Origin: Takakia lepidozioides
Taxonomy: Eukaryota; Plantae; Bryophyta
Reading direction: 5' to 3'
Assembly (NCBI GenBank): GCA_030704615.1
Contig: CM060732.1
Coordinates: forward strand, 44,268,001 to 44,332,000
Length of the DNA stretch: 64,000 nt
Below, piece after piece: positions 24,301 through 36,827 of this stretch. Every line of letters begins with the position of its first letter. Position 1 is the stretch's first letter. The position numbers and the translations under genes were made by a program. The notes beneath the pieces were generated by a model. It was not told the DNA's origin and ran no database searches. It worked only from the letters and a program-made list of their open reading frames with translations.

Positions 24301-27300
24301 GCTTTGAATCAGAGTTTGACAAAATTATAGCAGAGTGCAAAATTTGGAACTTATGAATCCACTCTCAGCAGCGGATATGGGGGTGCTTACTCCTAATATA
24401 ATTGGTTTAGAGATTGCTATACCTTGATTCACTAACAGGAATGGCTTTCTGAACATTGATGCTGCCACCCATCATGCACTACAAATTTTCCAGGTGGAAA
24501 AGCATGCCAGCTCGATGGGGATTGGGAAAGAAAAGGAAGGGTGAGATCTTACCCTTCAAATCGTCCCTTATCGCTGGAGGCATGTCTTGTTCAACTTGTG
24601 CTATTGAATGTTCTGAATGATACTGTGTACACTACTCAACAGGCTTGAATCCTCATCGAAGAGTCAATTTATTTTTCCTAGACAGCTCAAATTTTGACAT
24701 CCAGTTGTATGTACTTGTACCCTTTCTTGCAGGTTCTCCGTCTTTGGACTCCTGAACAAGGTATGCCACAAATACAAATTCCATGAACTGGTGCTTTTGT
24801 CTTTTGTCCTACACATCATCACATACATTGTTTTCCTGCCCAGTCCTCCCCCTTTTCTGTTCATACTCTTCTCTTTTCTTTGTACAATAAGCTCTTTGAG
24901 CTTCCGTGGATATTATAAAGTTCCATTATCTCTTTTTTCCTCTCTTTTCTTTCTCATTGTACTCTGTGGAAACCGTTTCTGTTAGTTTTGCACATTTAGT
25001 CATAATCTCCTATAAGTGCACAGTCAATTTACATCATCTGTTTGGGTGCACAGAGATAAACATACATACCATACAATTGGCAGTCTCTATTTCTAGCAAG
25101 AAGCCCTCCTCTTCGTAGAAGGCTTCAAGCTCATTGCACACAAATTCTAATATGGACACCTTTCAACTTTTGCCTTTGTTCAGTGTGTTACACTGATGGG
25201 CCGCAAGCTCTTGAGGTATGATAAGCAATAGCCCAGTTGGATATTAGTTCAGGTGCTCTTTCACATTTCATCCATGGGGAGCTTTTTCCATGATCTGTGC
25301 ATGCATTGTTCTTGATATGGGGAGGAGTCATCTAGTGGGTCTTGGACTGGACAGCTTGATGATGGCTTGCTATTTCTTCTAAGGCTATATTGTGCATGAC
25401 ATGTAGCCTGCACAGTTCCTCTATTGGCACCAGTTTCCTTTTGCAAAAGTTATGCATGGTTTGTTCTTGCTTTGACTAGTTTTCTAGTGGGTCTTGGATT
25501 GCTTGATGATTGCAGGCAATGGTTTCTGCGGCCAATCTTGGACCTCACTGTTCTCAATGATCGTCTTGACACAGTATCCTCTATGATGTTCCTCCGTTTT
25601 ATCTCTTCAAGTAATAGTAGACCAAGTTAGTCACAGGCCTGAACCCATTGTTGAAAGTTCATCCTTGAGACTCTGGTGCAAGATATCATTTTTCAAAAGC
25701 TCCCAAGATTTGGTGTCTGCATTACAGGATTCCCTGAAGAGTATCAAAGACATCCCCAATCTCCTAAAGGTATAAGCCTTAACATGGGACCCAGAAGATA
25801 TGGAAGCTGTCCTTGTTCAGTACTGATATTTGCAACGCGTACTATAGTTGAGATGGATGCAAATTTTGTTCGTCAGTTATCATCTTTCCCACCATGAAAA
25901 ATTCTACCATACGTCAGATGGTATGTACTGTATTTCACAAGCCAATGAAACAGACCTGGAGCTCTACATGCTCCATATGCCTACTTATGCTCCATATGCT
26001 TTTGTTTTTCATTTTTCTTAGCAGTCCCCAAACTTGTATATCTGGCTGTTGGGAACGGATCCCAGAAATTCAGCTGTCCCCGATCAGCATCCGTGGCCAA
26101 GGACTGGTTGATGTTCACCAAGGTACCGCTGGCACCCAAAGATTTTGCTTATGGCGGACTTTTTATACTGTCAAATTGCTATTTCGCGATCGTCCATGCC
26201 TCCATTTGCAAGTGACGATACAAATCTAACTGTGCTGCAGAGTATCAGTGCACTCATCCACATACGGGCCATTTTTGAGATTACTGCATCGCAGCAACGG
26301 CAAAGCCAAGTCTCACTGTTCGGCCTTCAGATTGTTGACAAGGTAAGTTTGATCTATCGCGGTTCTTGGCTTGTTCTACCTTTTTCTTTGGCCCTCTTGA
26401 CCATCTGTGGACATTTTCTTTTGGCTGCTTCTGGCGTCACCCTATCTTCTATTCTTTCTTGTTCTTGCTTTTCTTGTCCCATAAGCTCTTTGAGCTTTCT
26501 GCGGACGTTATAAAGTTCCATTTCATTTTAATTGTCTACTCCATGATACTCCATCTCTCACAGAGGTCTTCCATTACAAGGGTCAGAAATGCTTGGCATT
26601 GACTCTTAGACAATCCATTGAGCAATAGTTGCTTTTGGGCTGCGCCCCTCTCTCTTTCTTTCTTTCATTTCATTTCATTTTCCTCGTCCCACAAGCTCTT
26701 TGAGCTTCCTGCAGACGTTATAAAGTACCGTTTCATGTCACTTCATTTCTTTTCTTTTTCTCTTATTGCAGATAAAGCAGCTGGACCCAATAATAAGAAC
26801 TGTCTTCAAAGCAATAAAAAATGTCTGCAATAGAAATGCTAACCAAGCAGCAGAACTGTACAGATATGAAAATGTAATTCAGCTATAAGGCCCTCCTTAG
26901 AGTGTACTTAATGCTTTGGACATGCAGACTATCTTTAATCTCCTCTTGATTTTTAAATATGACTTTGTGTTTGAATTTGAGGCACTCAGGATACTGCTGG
27001 TTCCCCATCACTCTTCGCCAACTTCTGAACAACATGTTTTTTTTTTCAGGTTTTCTCTGCAGTCAATGAGGATCTTATCTATGTCAAGGATCTTGTGAGC
27101 TACGAGGCTCTTCTTATCCGTTGTATGCTTTAAGTAGTGAATTTGAGGGTCCAGTGATCTACTTGAGCCTATGTATTGTCTTTTTGGCTTCGATCGGTGT
27201 TGAAGCTTTATGATTCAGGAAGAGTCTTGTGCATTTTTCAGAACATTCTTCTTAGGTTTTAAGAGTAGGAGACCTTGACGTTTTGCTTGTACGTCTCTCG

Positions 27301-30300
27301 GATATACGAAGAAAGATCCTTTCCCTTTGCCATTCACAGAAGCAGTATTAGACACTGTGGCAGGCCATGAGATGTATTATGGTATCCCACTACTAGATTT
27401 GTGCTTGCAGTCATGCAGGCCTAACCAATTGAGATGCTATTTTGTTGTAGGCAGGTAACGGGGGTTATCGACTTTGATCAGACATGCGGAGAGAGATGTG
27501 AGACGATGGTTGTGTATGGACTCTGTGAGCAGGTGCAAGAGAACTATCTTTTGTTCCGTAGTCTTCAAAGTCAAAATACTAACCCACTAGGTTTGTACTT
27601 AGCAAACAAAATACCGTTTTTATTTCTGGGCCCATCCTTGCACTACAATTGGAAGGACTTTTTTGCTGAATGGTTTGGGGAAGTACAGCTTGGTCTTGTA
27701 GTCATTATTGTATATCCTGCTTGACTGTGGCGGGAGTGGGAATTAGCTTGACGAGCTCAAGAATATCTACGAGGGCCTGCCAGATTTTCTGCATCAGGTG
27801 AATGTACTATCAAGCTTCTGTAATGTCTATGTGATTTCATGCTGGTGGGCTCTAAGGTATCATGAATGACGAGGACATTGTATTGATATCCAAGCAGAAG
27901 ACAATACTTGGCAACAGAAGTTTGAGTGTGAAACTCTTTTTTTTTCTGGTGTTTCAAACTACCATTGAGACATAACTTCGAATAACCAGATAGACACCCC
28001 TAGTTCTCTACCCTGGCATTGGCATAATATTCCATGAAATGTCTTGTTTCTAGATAAAAGTCTGCTTGAAGTTTGAGTTGAATAGTTTTTAACGTAAGTC
28101 TCTCTCTATGCCTAGGTTGCGAGTGTTGAGTTGAATCGACTGCCACGGCAAGAAATAAGATGTGCTCAAGGATCAATAGTCTACATTCCTCAAATTGGTC
28201 AGTGATTCTCTCATTAGAGAATATGCCTGAACTACAGACTGGAAATATTGCATTGTTGTGTACAAGGGATGACAGATGTTTAACCTTGAAATTTAAAGGG
28301 TGTTATTTGTCCATAGGGTACCTTATGCGTTTTGGTGGAAAGAAGCTTCAGCAGGATGTTTTGGACCATCTCCCAGACTTCGAGTTTGCAGTATGTACTT
28401 TTTATAATCTCCTTTGTATATGCCACAACAAATGGGGACTTCGGTATTCTTCTTAAATGTGGTGTAACTTGAATATCAGAAAACCAAATTCTGTATATGT
28501 TGTGCTATCCTCATCTTGCTCTTGTTGGTACCTAAGGCATCATTTCAGGCCTTAGTAGCCTACAGGTAACCTCTTTAACTTTCAGGTAATCAAAGGACAA
28601 ACTAATGTCTATTTCCTTGAACAGTTTGAAGGAGGGATTGAAGGAGTTTTTTATCATACCTTAAAGACGCGGGAGCTTGATGAAGTTGTTGGGGATGTTT
28701 ACCACAGGATCTTGGGTAAGGTCAACCTTCTGCTTGGTTTGTACTAGCAATAACTAACCTAAGCATGGCAGGGAATGGCATAGGAAAGGTAAAGCTTGAG
28801 TCAATGTTTGTAAGTAGCAGACTAAAGGACAGCCTACACAGGATGAGTTTATCTGGATACTCGATGAGTACATAAAACATAAACATGGAGGAGTGTGAGA
28901 AAAACAGAATGGAGATGATAGTTTGACAACGGTACTCAGATGAATGTTAGACAGGGCATGGTGAGAAAGAGGAAATGAAATGATACTTTATAATGTCCAT
29001 GGAAAGCTCAAAGAGCCTATGGGACAAGAGAAAGCATGGAGCAAGGAAGAGAGTAACTTGATAGCGTCCACAGGGTGCCACAAGGGCCCAAGGGACATAG
29101 CGGAACAAAGAAATGACCGCTTCAGGATACGTCAATTGACACCCTAAGTTGAAGGGCCTCAAGCAGTTAGCCTGCAAGGCACTTCGGATCTTCAAAGCTG
29201 AAGGCCTCTACTATGGAATGGGAATCTCTAAGAAGATAGTAGTACACAGGAGAAATAGTGGTGCTCTGTTTCCTCTTCCTTGAACATACAGACTGGGCAG
29301 ATTGTAGCATCTTGTGTTTATCTCTAGACCATTTCCCTGTTTCAATCCAGAACCTTTGAAGGCCAACTCGGAATGCATCATGGGCTTGCATGAGGGCTGT
29401 AGAAATGATTTGAAATGAAATGAAATGAAATGGTGCTTTATAACGCTTTATGGTGCTTTTTGAAGAAAGAAGAGCTTATGGGAAAGAAATGTAGTGACAT
29501 GATACTTTTTATTGTCCATGGAGCGCTCAAAGAGCTTACGGGACAAAGGAACAGAAAAAACAGAACAAAAAAGTGGGGTGAGAGGAGAAGAACTTATTTT
29601 GATAATGTGCAGAGAGCCAATGGGGCAATGTCCGTGAGAGACGGAGAACTCAATACAGGTGGGATGTCGCGTTTTGGATGCAGGAGTGCTACTTGGAAAA
29701 AGTTATATTACCTTTTGGCATGACCAAGCCAATCTGTTGTTGGTGGTGAAAATGTGTCATGATAGATAAGAAAAATATCTTCCAAATTGATGACAGATCG
29801 ACTGTGTGTCACTCTGCAGACATGGAGCAGGCACTTTTGAGAGATTTGGAGAAGCGAGTAATAGCATATGCCTCGTCACTACAACAAGCAGCCAATGTTG
29901 CTGCAGAGATTGACTGGTTTGTAACTTTTGCCATGCTGAATGAAAGTGGGTTATTTTTAACCCACTCCCTTAGCAAATTCAGGGCATAATACTTCTGTCA
30001 AAGAACTGCTGGGACTGTGAGATTGTATTCAATTCAGATAGACTCTGAGGTTTCTTGAAGTGAATGCAATAAGCTAACTGCCCACTGGTTATAAGGTTCT
30101 CTATACCTGGTCTCTTCAGCTTGGCATGGATCTTGCAATGTATTGATCCCATATTTGTGAATGGCATTTTTGGTAGCCTGATCGCACTAAGTATTGTCGC
30201 CCATGACCAAAAGTATATGCGACCTCAGTTGACCGAGAAAAATGTCCTCATTATCAAGAACGGCAGGTAGAATCCTCTTCTTATCAATAGACATTTGTAC

Positions 30301-33300
30301 ACACCATCTTTTTTTGTTCCTTCACGACCCTTACGAAAGTGCGAAATCAGATTCTCAAAATACTAAGGGTCAAGGCTTCTGAACTGCATTAAAACCAAGG
30401 AAGGGGTCATCACTGTCTGCCAAAGACATCCCAAACCTTTTGGAGCAATAATAGACTGTAGACCTGGCCTCCCTGTAGAGTCCAAGACCCTCCCCAGTTG
30501 TACCTTGTGCTTGGAAGCTACATAGAGATGCTTGGTTTCAAGAGTGGCAGTCACAATTGTTTTAATGTTGATTGACCTCATTAGCAACGACAATGCAGGC
30601 ATCCACTACAGGAGTGTGTGGTGAACACATTTGTTCCAAATGATACAGACATTGGTCAGAAAGGTAAGGAGACAGGCTGGTTTCTTGTCTTACAATACTT
30701 GTGTCTTCTTTTAGTTGTTGTGATGTGTGAAAGTATGCTTAGCTTTTCTTCAACGTTCTGTCTACTTCATTGTTTCATCATGTGTCTTCAACACAAACAC
30801 ACCCATATGGATCCCCCAGGCCACAGCACATCCTAGAGTCTAATATGCCTATCATCAACAGCTCTCCCTTGCCCTGACGGACTGACCCTCTGGGACACCA
30901 ACACCACAACCTGACGGTCGATATATGGTCATGTAGACTATAAGGAGACTATTCACTTGTGAAGAGTGCTTGTGCTTACATTTTATTTGCTTAGTTAAAT
31001 TTGTGGAATTTTGCAGACCGCGTCAGTGTCATAACAGGTCCAAACTACTCAGGCAAGAGCATCTATGTGAAGCAGGTAGCATTCAAACACTACTTATTCC
31101 TTCTACACCTTTTGCCCATAACACTGGTACTCTTTCCCATTTGAATGTGTCAGAGTCGCTGTTCACCAGTCTGACCAACCTGCTTTCCTGTCAGTAGGTC
31201 ATTGAAGACCTCAAATGTTTCAGTGTGAGGTCAACAGTGACCTTTGAGTTGTCATCCATTGTCATCCATGATGGCACGGTGCATTTCCACAGCTGTCTTT
31301 CTACAAGGGTTTTTGTATTGAAGGTTAAAAGTCTTTGCAATGACCATTGCAATGAAGGAAACAATCTATTCTCGCAGGTTGCTCTTATTGTTTTTCTGGC
31401 ACATATTGGGAGCTTTGTTCCAGCTGAGACAGCAACTATTGGCCTCACAGATAGGTCTTTACTGACCTTCATGCACATCCTTTTCTTCGTAGTAGGTTCT
31501 CTCTATTGCAGAGCTCACGGATTGAGGTTAATTGCTGGACAAAGGAAAAAAACTGGAAAGGAAAACAGTGGCTATCATGGGGCAGTGAGAATTTGAACTA
31601 TCAACGATGAGGTGATACAGCTCTAGAGCCTAATTTCCTTGGATCGAACGCACCACAGGATCTTCACTAGAATTGTAAGTAAAGACACAATGGCTGTCCC
31701 ACGGTCAACCTTCATGATTGACCTTCACCAGATTGCTGTCATGCTGAGGTATGCCGACCACCCCTCCTTACTGAAGAAAGCATTCCTGTTGGACCAGTCA
31801 ATTTTCTTGTGCCCATGACATATAATCCAATGATTTGGAACATCCTAGGTAGACTTAGCATGCATAAAAATGAGATGCCTTGATGGGTATCAGGTGTTGG
31901 AACCTGGGCACGAGTTCTGAGTGCCACCAAGACTATACCCCTGCAGCAATGTCCCATCTGTCCATTGAGAATTTTTAAGTAGAGCCGCTGAAACTGGTGA
32001 ACATGGGAAAGCCCTAAATCAAGACATTGTCAAAATTAACTTGTCGGCCTGGGTTGGTTGTGTTAGGCATGCAACTCCACGATCCTTGTGCATAATTGAT
32101 GAGTTTGGGCAGGGCACCTTGAGCACAGGTTAAGACGGTCTTAATAGTTTGGTAGACAAACCAGATGATGCTTGTTAAGGATACCTAAGTTGCATTTTTG
32201 GCATGAAGTATAGCTCACTCCTTGGACTAGTTTCTTATCTGCTTTTCAAGAGGCCTTTTGAAGTCAGCCTTGTTTTGGCTTCAGAAAGGTGTGGTTCTGA
32301 TATTTCTGTTTAAGGCTTCCTTGAATGCTCTTCACAGCATTTGATTCATTGGTCAGCATTCTAGATCCACCCATGGTTACATTTAAGTGTCTTTCCTCTC
32401 ACTGAAATCTTGTGTCAAGTTGCCCATCTGTTTTGCAAAGCCAAGCAGTGGTCCAACAGTGCATATAGACATTAATGTGGAGACATTTGTCTCATATCAT
32501 CTTGCGACAGATGGCATTGGATTGCTATGTGCCACTTTGAAGCACTTTGCCTTCTGCACATCACCAGCCAAGGTAAGTTTCCATCACATCTCCATAAGCT
32601 CTTTGAGCTTTCATAGAGATCTCTTTCTTTCTGTGGAAGATTCAACTGTCTATTCCATGATACTCAATCTCTCATGGAGGTCTTCCATTACAAGGATCAG
32701 AAATGCTTGGCAGCGTACCTGCATGAAGCATTGGCTCTTAAACAATCCCTCGAGCTTTCGTTGCTTTTAGGCTGTTTGTGGCCCTCGTCTCTTTCTTGTT
32801 TCTTTCTTCCTCCTGTCCCATAACCTCTTTGAGCTTCCCGCGGATGTTATTAAGTACCATTTCATTGTTGGGCTGCTTGTGGAGGGTCCCTCTCTCTTGT
32901 TTCTTTGTTTTCTTTAAAGTACCATTTCATTTTGTCCTCTTGCCCCATAAGCTCTCTGAGCTTCCCGCAGACAAAGTACCATTTCATTTCATTTCTATCA
33001 CTTTCTTTCTTTTGGCTCTGGTTTTGTTTCCTCGCTCATGTTTTTTATTCAATTTTGTCCAAAGGCTCTTTGAGCTTTCCACGGACATTATAAAGTACCA
33101 ATTCTTTTGAAAATTCATTCCATTCCACTCCATTTCTTTTGAAGTTGAATCCTCGTTTTTTTGTTTGTTGGGGGCCCCACTTTTCTTGTTCTCTGCTTTG
33201 TCCCACAAGCTCGTTGAGCTTTCCACAGATGTAGAAAGTCTCTTTCGTCTGTTATCACTTACATCTTTTGTTTTCTCAGCCAGTAGTTGTCATTGAAATC

Positions 33301-35278
33301 CCCAGGGTTAGGAGAGGGGAAATATTTTCTTCATACTCCTCTACACTCCTTTGCCCTATCTGACTTTACTAAAGTGGGATCCTAGGGTAAAATAGCTCTT
33401 ATGTAATTCCCAAGAAGTGAAGTATACTCTTTTAAAGGATGTTGCAGTCAGTCTTATGGTGTATATATAAGAAAGTTTTGAAGTCCATTCTAGACCTTTG
33501 TGACAGGTTCTGGCCTGTACACACTTCAGTGAAGTGTTTGATGAAGCATATTTACCAAAGGTACCTTTAAAACCTTTTGCAAGAAAAGGCTGGCGATTTA
33601 TCTGTTTTTTCTCTTGAAAAATAGCTTGCATAAGCTGTAAGACTTCATTGCTCTCATGAGATTATGACACACTTTCTCCTGTTACATGAATTTCTTGCTC
33701 TGAGGCCCAATATCACTTCTCACTGTTAACATCCTTTGTCAACTTTCTTGTGTCCCATCTTGCGCAGTCTGAAAATATTGTTTTCCGTACAATGGACATC
33801 TTGGAGCCAGACAAGACTCTAGAAGTTTCTGACAGGCTCAATGATATAATCTTTCTATACCGGTATGCATGAAACATGATTACCAAGGAATTAGAAATCC
33901 AGTAGCTTATTTGCAGTTACTCTCCTCCAAATCCTATTACCCATTTGGTACATACATTAAGGCTTTGGGTAGGACCTGTTGAATTCACCAATAAAAGAGA
34001 AAATCCAGCATTAACAATGCTTGAACCATATGTTAAAATCATCTTGTGTGGGTTTGTAGACTTGTCCCTGGTCGTGCCGTCTCCAGCTATGGTGAGCCCT
34101 GGAACTTGGCCTGTATTTCTCGTATTTCTTGGCAGTCCTATTGCTTAGAAAGTTTGAAGTTCCAATTACTATGAGATCCATTAGTGACTGCCCACTGTCA
34201 AAATCAAATTGTGCTTTTAAAAGTTAAAATAGAAACAATCGATATAGGAAGTACCGGAAAGCACAGAACAATTTGAACATTCCAGAAACAGTCTGGTGGG
34301 TGGACCGCCAGCTTAGTCAATTGATACTACTAGTGAGAATTAGCCCATGTGAAAAAGGAACCCTTGGCAGCCACGGTTTCTGGTAATTGAAGGGAGAGGT
34401 TCCCAGAACAGGGGTCATGGGTATCTTTTGCATGGTTTGAATTGAAATATTTTTGCCTGGTTATGTTCTCAAAGTGCATGATTCTTGGCAGGGATGCACT
34501 GTGCTGAACTTGCTGGTAAGTAACACTTCTTTCTCTAAGTACTTTCCACCATTCAGCAAATCTGCATGTCAAGACACCTAGTTTGGAAGAAATTGGGAGA
34601 GAATCTGAAGGTTCGATATTCATTATGTTGCAGAAACTGCAATTGGTCAGAGGACCATGGTGATGAAGGGAAGGGTGATCAGAGAGACTAACTGATGCAC
34701 TGATTGCCGGCAAGACCAAGCCAGACAATCAGGAGTACAAAAGCAGAGAGGAGTGTTGTGATGATCCCTGTGAAATGTACAGATGTCCCTGCTGAGATTC
34801 TGGACCGGGCTGCTAAAATCCTGGAGTTGATCATTGCGGCCAAACCGTTTGAGCGACTTGATAGCCAACGCACAGCTGCAAAAGACCAGCTGTACAAGGT
34901 TGCCTCCCACATCCTTCAATGCTGCATATTATTTGAGTTCGAATTATACACTTGTATAAACACTTGCCTGGAGCTTGCTAAGGGATGCAAACTGGTGGCC
35001 ATTAGAATGTCACCACCGTGCCAGCAGACTCCATCTGCAGCAATCACAAAAATGCTGACACTGCAGACCATGTTTGTTAGTCCACTATTATCAGATTGGC
35101 AAGTGATAACTGCAGGAATGTCACAACCAGCTCAATGTGGTGCTAAGCATAGAAGAGTTTTTGTTGCTCCTGGCAGACCTTGGCGGAGAAGCTCTTGGGC
35201 TTTGACTGTGAAAAGGGGGATGTGAGTGCGATCTTGACAGAAATTTTCTCTCTTTGCAAGTCTGATCCGCAGCGTTGA
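21360..35278 (+). CDS. MSH5: MutS homolog 5 (meiotic MutS-gamma subunit), many short exons
   Basis: VYMACIMQGRR, KLVKSSIFCYQQAWHR, QVRAAGGLLAIL, ALQIFQVEKH, WFLRPILDL, Walker A [39 protein letters not shown], Walker B IIDEFGQGT. Last exon 35177-35278. Confidence 0.95.
23609..24438 (+). other. U12-type (minor spliceosome) GT-AG intron in MSH5
   Basis: 5' site GTATCCTCC. Branch-like ACCTTGAT at 24421-24428, about 11 nt before the AG. The join keeps frame (ELSL|NGFLNIDA). Confidence 0.8.
24885..33230. repeat. Dispersed and tandem LINE/SINE 3'-end family (AAGCTCTTTGAGCTT hairpin + (CATTT)n tail) in MSH5 introns
   Basis: About 10 copies at ~24889, 26483, 26692, 29003(-), 29521(-), 32596, 32821, 32948, 33062, 33206. 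The minus copy at ~28975-29390 is preceded by LINE C-terminal coding remnants (FRVGLQRFWIETGKW). Confidence 0.75.
25574..25682 (+). other. U12-type GT-AG intron in MSH5
   Basis: 5' site GTATCCTC. Branch-like TCCTTGAG at 25662-25669. The join gives RLDT|ISFF. Confidence 0.8.
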
Positions 35279-36827
35279 TCTCCAAGGTACCCAGTCCATT
35301 TGAGTTACACACACCCGCTTTGGTCCCTAGGATATCAATATCCAGCATTGGTCTCGAGGTTTCTTGGTCTTGATCCCTAGTCTAAGGTGGCCCTTAATTT
35401 TGGTAGTTGCAGCCTTCCTACATTGAGCCTGAAGAGCAGTTGGATGTATTGGCATTGTAGGTTTTCAACAAAATAGTTCCTTGTCTTGTCAGATTGAGTC
35501 GGGGATGCCATGTGCAGCCATTGCAATGTCTGGGTTATAGTCCCCAACTGGTATGTCCTTTTGATGTAAGGGGTCAAGGATTCTGTTTGATATTGTCCCA
35601 AGCATATCTTAGATGACATCTTGGATGAAGGTCAAGTCTTCCCAGTGTGAAGGCATGGATGTCTGTATTGAGTTGGATAATTTGAAGATGAGTTTTGAGT
35701 TAAGAAGGGATGGTTTCATTCCTTTTATTAACATTAATTTTTTGAAAGGTAACTGACCCTAAAGTGCATTGAAGAGAGTGGAAAAAATAACCACTTGGGG
35801 CTAGAGAGGGGACTCGCCCCCCATTTTTACAGTAACATTTGGGCAAAACATTTTTAGTATTCCAAATGCCACCGCCCCCTCCCCCAGCCAACTCTCCTCC
35901 TCAATGGGGTACAAAGAATCATACATATAATTTTCACTGCAATGAGGAAGATTGAACTTCTGTTGTACACCAGAGCATTTTGATGAAGCAGCTGGGTCAT
36001 TTTCTTGTTCTCCAATAATCCCATTTACTCCAACAATCTCATCACTGACAGCTGCAAACTGAAAAACGATTGGTGATTCACACTTGACTTTCCATTATGA
36101 TCACTAGGCAATTTCCCTATTGGGCTTCATGGCTGCCTTCACATCATGGGTATAGCTCCAAACAAACCCAGTCAACTTGGGATCTAGTACAAATGGACGG
36201 TTCCGCACCACTGGCTCAGAGATTCCACAACTCAAAGAATAGCAGGACTTCGGCAGCTTTGGCAGCTTACAACAATTGCTCATAATTACATCTTGAATAA
36301 GCAGCCATTAATTTGGCCAGACGGATGGACAGGCTGAAATGCCTCTCATTTTACAATAATTGGGACGTTATGGCGCACGCACGAGCTGACCGGTGGGCCC
36401 CGTGCACGGACGCCCGGCTCCCCCCACCCGGAACCCCCCCCCCCCCCCCCCCCCCCCTTCCGGTCGCCCAGCCACGCCCGCTGCTGCCACGGGCGCAGCA
36501 TCCGCGGCCTACCAGCCGCGCCCCCAGTCCGCTGTGCATGCCAGGCCGCTGTGCCAATACCCTCATGTCCACCCTGCCAGTCCGCTGCCCATGAGTCCGC
36601 TTTCCTCCAGTCCACTGATGATGCCATATCTGGACCGTCCGTTCGTAAATGCCATCTAAGCCCTCCATTTTTAGGGCATGAATTCAAACCTTATCCCTGC
36701 CGCTTGCCACTTGCCAGCAGCCGTGAACGTGCGCATTGATGCTTCTTGCACGTTGTCCATCGTGTCCAGTGTACTGCGGCGCGTTTCTTGCAGGTTCTGA
36801 AGCGTGTCCTCTGTACTGTACAGGGCA

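Noticed and set aside
32590-33230. CRISPR-like array of palindromic direct repeats
   Set aside because: Spacing is irregular (~115-225 bp), repeats are degenerate, spacers are pyrimidine-rich and related, there are no cas genes, and it lies in a eukaryotic intron. Retroposon 3' ends explain it.
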